A DNA stretch of 64,000 nt from IMG/VR virus record IMGVR_UViG_3300047457_000394; one strand, given 5' to 3'. The stretch comes from an uncultured virus (IMG/VR IMGVR_UViG_3300047457_000394) (taxonomy: Duplodnaviria; Heunggongvirae; Uroviricota; Caudoviricetes). The notes below the pieces were generated by a model. That model was given only the letters and a program-made list of their open reading frames with translations, was not told where the DNA came from and ran no database searches. Below, one piece after another: positions 61,668-64,000 of the stretch; the stretch's first letter is position 1, and the number at the start of each line of letters is the position of its first letter. Made by a program: the position numbers and the translations under genes.

Positions 61668-62819
61668 TCACACCTCCACACGAATAGTTGTACCGAACGG
61701 CGCTTTGCGTTTGCCTGCGATGGCCCACAGCGTGGGCCAGTCTGATTTACCCCAACTGTTGCCGATCTCACCATCAGTCAGCACGATGACCGCCTCGGGC
61801 TTGATGCGGTTGTCTCGAAGATAATCAAACACCACGTCGGCACGTGTGCCGCCCCCACCCTTGGGCTTGAGTGTTGCCACTGCGAAGTGACCATCATCAA
61901 ACACCTGATCCCCCGCCACTCGTGTATCCCAATACAACACACGCACACGACTGGGCCTGACCTGCTCGATGACCCCCTGAAGCTCCGACACAAACGCAGT
62001 CATCATGGCGCTACCGAAGCACGACCCCGAGGTATCAAGCGCCACCACAAGCTCGCCCATCGTGACCCCCTGCAGTGTGGGCATATACACGTCATCACTT
62101 AGGTAGCGTCGGTTCGGTTTGCGCCACGAGGACTCGTCCTTGCCTGCACAAAGCTCAGACACAAAGTCGCGCAACACTTCACGCCAATTAACCTTGGCTT
62201 CGAGCAACGCACCGAACACACCGTCCTGACTACCTGCACCATCCTTGCTACGCTGGCGCTTGACGATCTCACCCTGACGCACAAGCCGCTGGATCTCCTC
62301 GGTTAGCTTCTCACGCTCCTCAGCGCTGCGCCCATGGGCCTCATCCCACATGTGCTCATCGAACCCACCACCTCCGCTACCACTACCCCCGTTCTTTTTC
62401 AGGTCGTCATAGATCTGCCTGACCGACCAGCCCCGATACTTCTCATCGAGCATCCCACCGATCTGCGGCATGCGTATGAACCCTGCATCCTTGTCGGCAT
62501 CGAGCAACGATATGTTTACGAAATAATCCGCAGCCTGATTCGCAAGCTTGGGGTTTTCATCGAACAACCCGCGCCACATGTCCAGGTGCAGGTACGCCAC
62601 ATGCGTGGCCTCGTGGAGGATCACGAACCTAAGCTCGGGGTCACTGAGCTTCTCGATAAACGATTCGCCGTAGAACTTGTTGAGCCCATCGGTACAGGCT
62701 GTGGGTATATCTTCGCGCACCTCAGTGCGCCCCGACGCAAGTATCGGCCCGAACGAACACCACATCTTGTGGTGCATGATGGACACGTGCTGCCTACGGA
62801 TGCGATCTAACGGACTCAT
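61668..62819 (-). CDS. Metallopeptidase-like plus VWA domain protein (DUF2201-like)
   Basis: TACTDG, HEATH, SW.KPNRR, MIDAS DTSGS, GGGGT, LTDG. Confidence 0.85.
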   Translation of the reverse strand: MSPLDRIRRQHVSIMHHKMWCSFGPILASGRTEVREDIPTACTDGLNKFYGESFIEKLSDPELRFVILHEATHVAYLHLDMWRGLFDENPKLANQAADYFVNISLLDADKDAGFIRMPQIGGMLDEKYRGWSVRQIYDDLKKNGGSGSGGGGFDEHMWDEAHGRSAEEREKLTEEIQRLVRQGEIVKRQRSKDGAGSQDGVFGALLEAKVNWREVLRDFVSELCAGKDESSWRKPNRRYLSDDVYMPTLQGVTMGELVVALDTSGSCFGSAMMTAFVSELQGVIEQVRPSRVRVLYWDTRVAGDQVFDDGHFAVATLKPKGGGGTRADVVFDYLRDNRIKPEAVIVLTDGEIGNSWGKSDWPTLWAIAGKRKAPFGTTIRVEV

Positions 62820-62992
62820 GGTTTTCTCCTAAGTTTGCCTTGCAATGCCCAGTCTTGAATGCTTCGTTCAACGCGCCCCATCTCATAGCGTTTCATGGGC
62901 GGCACATACGCAAGCCCGATGCGACCTGGGTGCCAATCTTTACGAAGCCGCACCACCGTGCGACCGTCTGCTGTGTGCTCAGTAATCAGCAT
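62816..62992 (-). CDS. 58-aa hypothetical protein (not in ORF track)
   Basis: AAGGGG RBS; fills the gap between the ATPase and VWA genes with ATGA overlap. Confidence 0.55.
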   Translation of the reverse strand: MLITEHTADGRTVVRLRKDWHPGRIGLAYVPPMKRYEMGRVERSIQDWALQGKLRRKP

Positions 62993-62993
62993 C

Positions 62994-64000
62994 TCAGTTC
63001 CCCTTCAGATACTTGGCTTGGCCTGCACTGAGCTCCGTGTATGCACGGCACATGGCCAGCATCGTGAGCTTGGATTTAACGCCAGCGATTGTCGTTATGA
63101 ACAAGTGACGTGCTTCGAATGACTCCCAGCGCTTGACGTACTCACAATACGCAGGCAACGACGCAGGCTGCGCCCGGTTCGCAAGTTTGAAAGCCATGAG
63201 AAAGTAAGCAGACACACCGTCCGGCAGGGGCGCATCCTTGGGGGAGGACTCGATAAGTTTCAGTGGTGGCAGCTTGTCGTCCAGCAACACCGCAGCCTCA
63301 AGCATCCTCGCCGCAGGCTCACCGATCGTACCTGCCAGTGCAGGCAAGAGCGCACTACCCAGACGGTCACGTTGTTTGATGATGTGTGACGCCCGCTCAA
63401 GCGCCCGCCCCGAGCAGTATGTCTTGGTGTTACCCGTCAGTGGGTTGAACACGTACGGGTTCTTAGGATTAGTGAGCGCGTCGTACCGCTCGAACACCTC
63501 GGGGGTATCAAACACAAACTTCATTACTGCAGGGTCGATATCGTTCTCAGCTGCCCACAGCAGCCACCCAGTGGGCTTCCCCTCAGCGTCAAGGACTTCG
63601 GGATTGGCGTAGTCCACCACCGTCATGCGGTTATAGCCATGTGCAGGCAGTGAGTCGCCCACCCCGTCAGAGTCTAGGTTACCGGTGGCGAATACGTAAG
63701 AGCCGTATGGCAAGGACAGGTCGCCCAATCTGCGGTCGTTGGCTAGTGGCCACAGCATATTCAGCACGGGCTTAAGCGCTTTACTTAGCTCATCCAGCAT
63801 GATGAGGACGGGTTGGTCAGACCCACGGCGCAGCCCGAACCGATTGTTCGGAGCGTAGGAAGTTGTCATGGTCTCGCGGTCCACCACCGGCATGGCGATA
63901 TCGCCAAGGTCTAACTGAGTGCAGTCCACGTAGCAGGGGGTGTGGTCAGGCAGTTGCTTAGCGAGTTCCTTGAGGATCGCAGACTTACCCATACCCGGCT
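62994..64000 (-). CDS. MoxR-like AAA+ ATPase (5'-truncated by window edge)
   Basis: Walker A PGMGKS, Walker B IMLDEL, ATGN, NR. Confidence 0.85.
   Translation of the reverse strand, partial: PGMGKSAILKELAKQLPDHTPCYVDCTQLDLGDIAMPVVDRETMTTSYAPNNRFGLRRGSDQPVLIMLDELSKALKPVLNMLWPLANDRRLGDLSLPYGSYVFATGNLDSDGVGDSLPAHGYNRMTVVDYANPEVLDAEGKPTGWLLWAAENDIDPAVMKFVFDTPEVFERYDALTNPKNPYVFNPLTGNTKTYCSGRALERASHIIKQRDRLGSALLPALAGTIGEPAARMLEAAVLLDDKLPPLKLIESSPKDAPLPDGVSAYFLMAFKLANRAQPASLPAYCEYVKRWESFEARHLFITTIAGVKSKLTMLAMCRAYTELSAGQAKYLKGN

Noticed and set aside
1..64000. tRNA genes, integrase/att site, phage RNA polymerase
   Set aside because: None recognised by eye; tRNAscan and HMM searches are needed to exclude them formally

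Overview
The window looks like almost the whole (~64 kb, apparently circularly permuted) genome of a tailed dsDNA phage with podovirus-like organisation. The + strand from 4.6 to 44.6 kb carries packaging and virion genes: TerS/TerL, portal, GroES, scaffold, major capsid, tail and fibre, holin and GH108 endolysin, ejection proteins, and a 2425-aa polyvalent protein. The - strand from 64 to 44.6 kb and from 4.1 kb to 1 carries early and replication genes: MoxR AAA+/VWA module, many small ORFs, VRR-NUC, PolA, Cas4-like nuclease, SNF2 helicase, SSB-like protein and a DUF927 primase-helicase. A ~2.7 kb mostly non-coding control region lies at 1.9-4.6 kb. Highlights: (1) DNA polymerase A is fractured into two genes by a naturally split intein, with an out-of-frame HNH homing endonuclease overlapping both halves. 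(2) A consensus type II hammerhead ribozyme ends a ~390-nt structured leader downstream of the main early promoter. (3) Several other candidate structured RNAs occur: an anti-SD sRNA before the helicase, a primase leader, and a double pseudoknot after the capsid/Hef locus. (4) A DfrB (R67-type DHFR) homologue lies near two candidate cyclic-nucleotide sponge anti-defence genes. (5) Two small ORFs with their own RBS are overprinted inside the giant polyvalent protein gene. (6) A recurring 15-bp palindrome, an iteron-like field and a helically phased repeat array occupy the control region. No tRNA, CRISPR, integrase or reverse transcriptase was recognised. All family calls are by-eye motif recognition, not database results.
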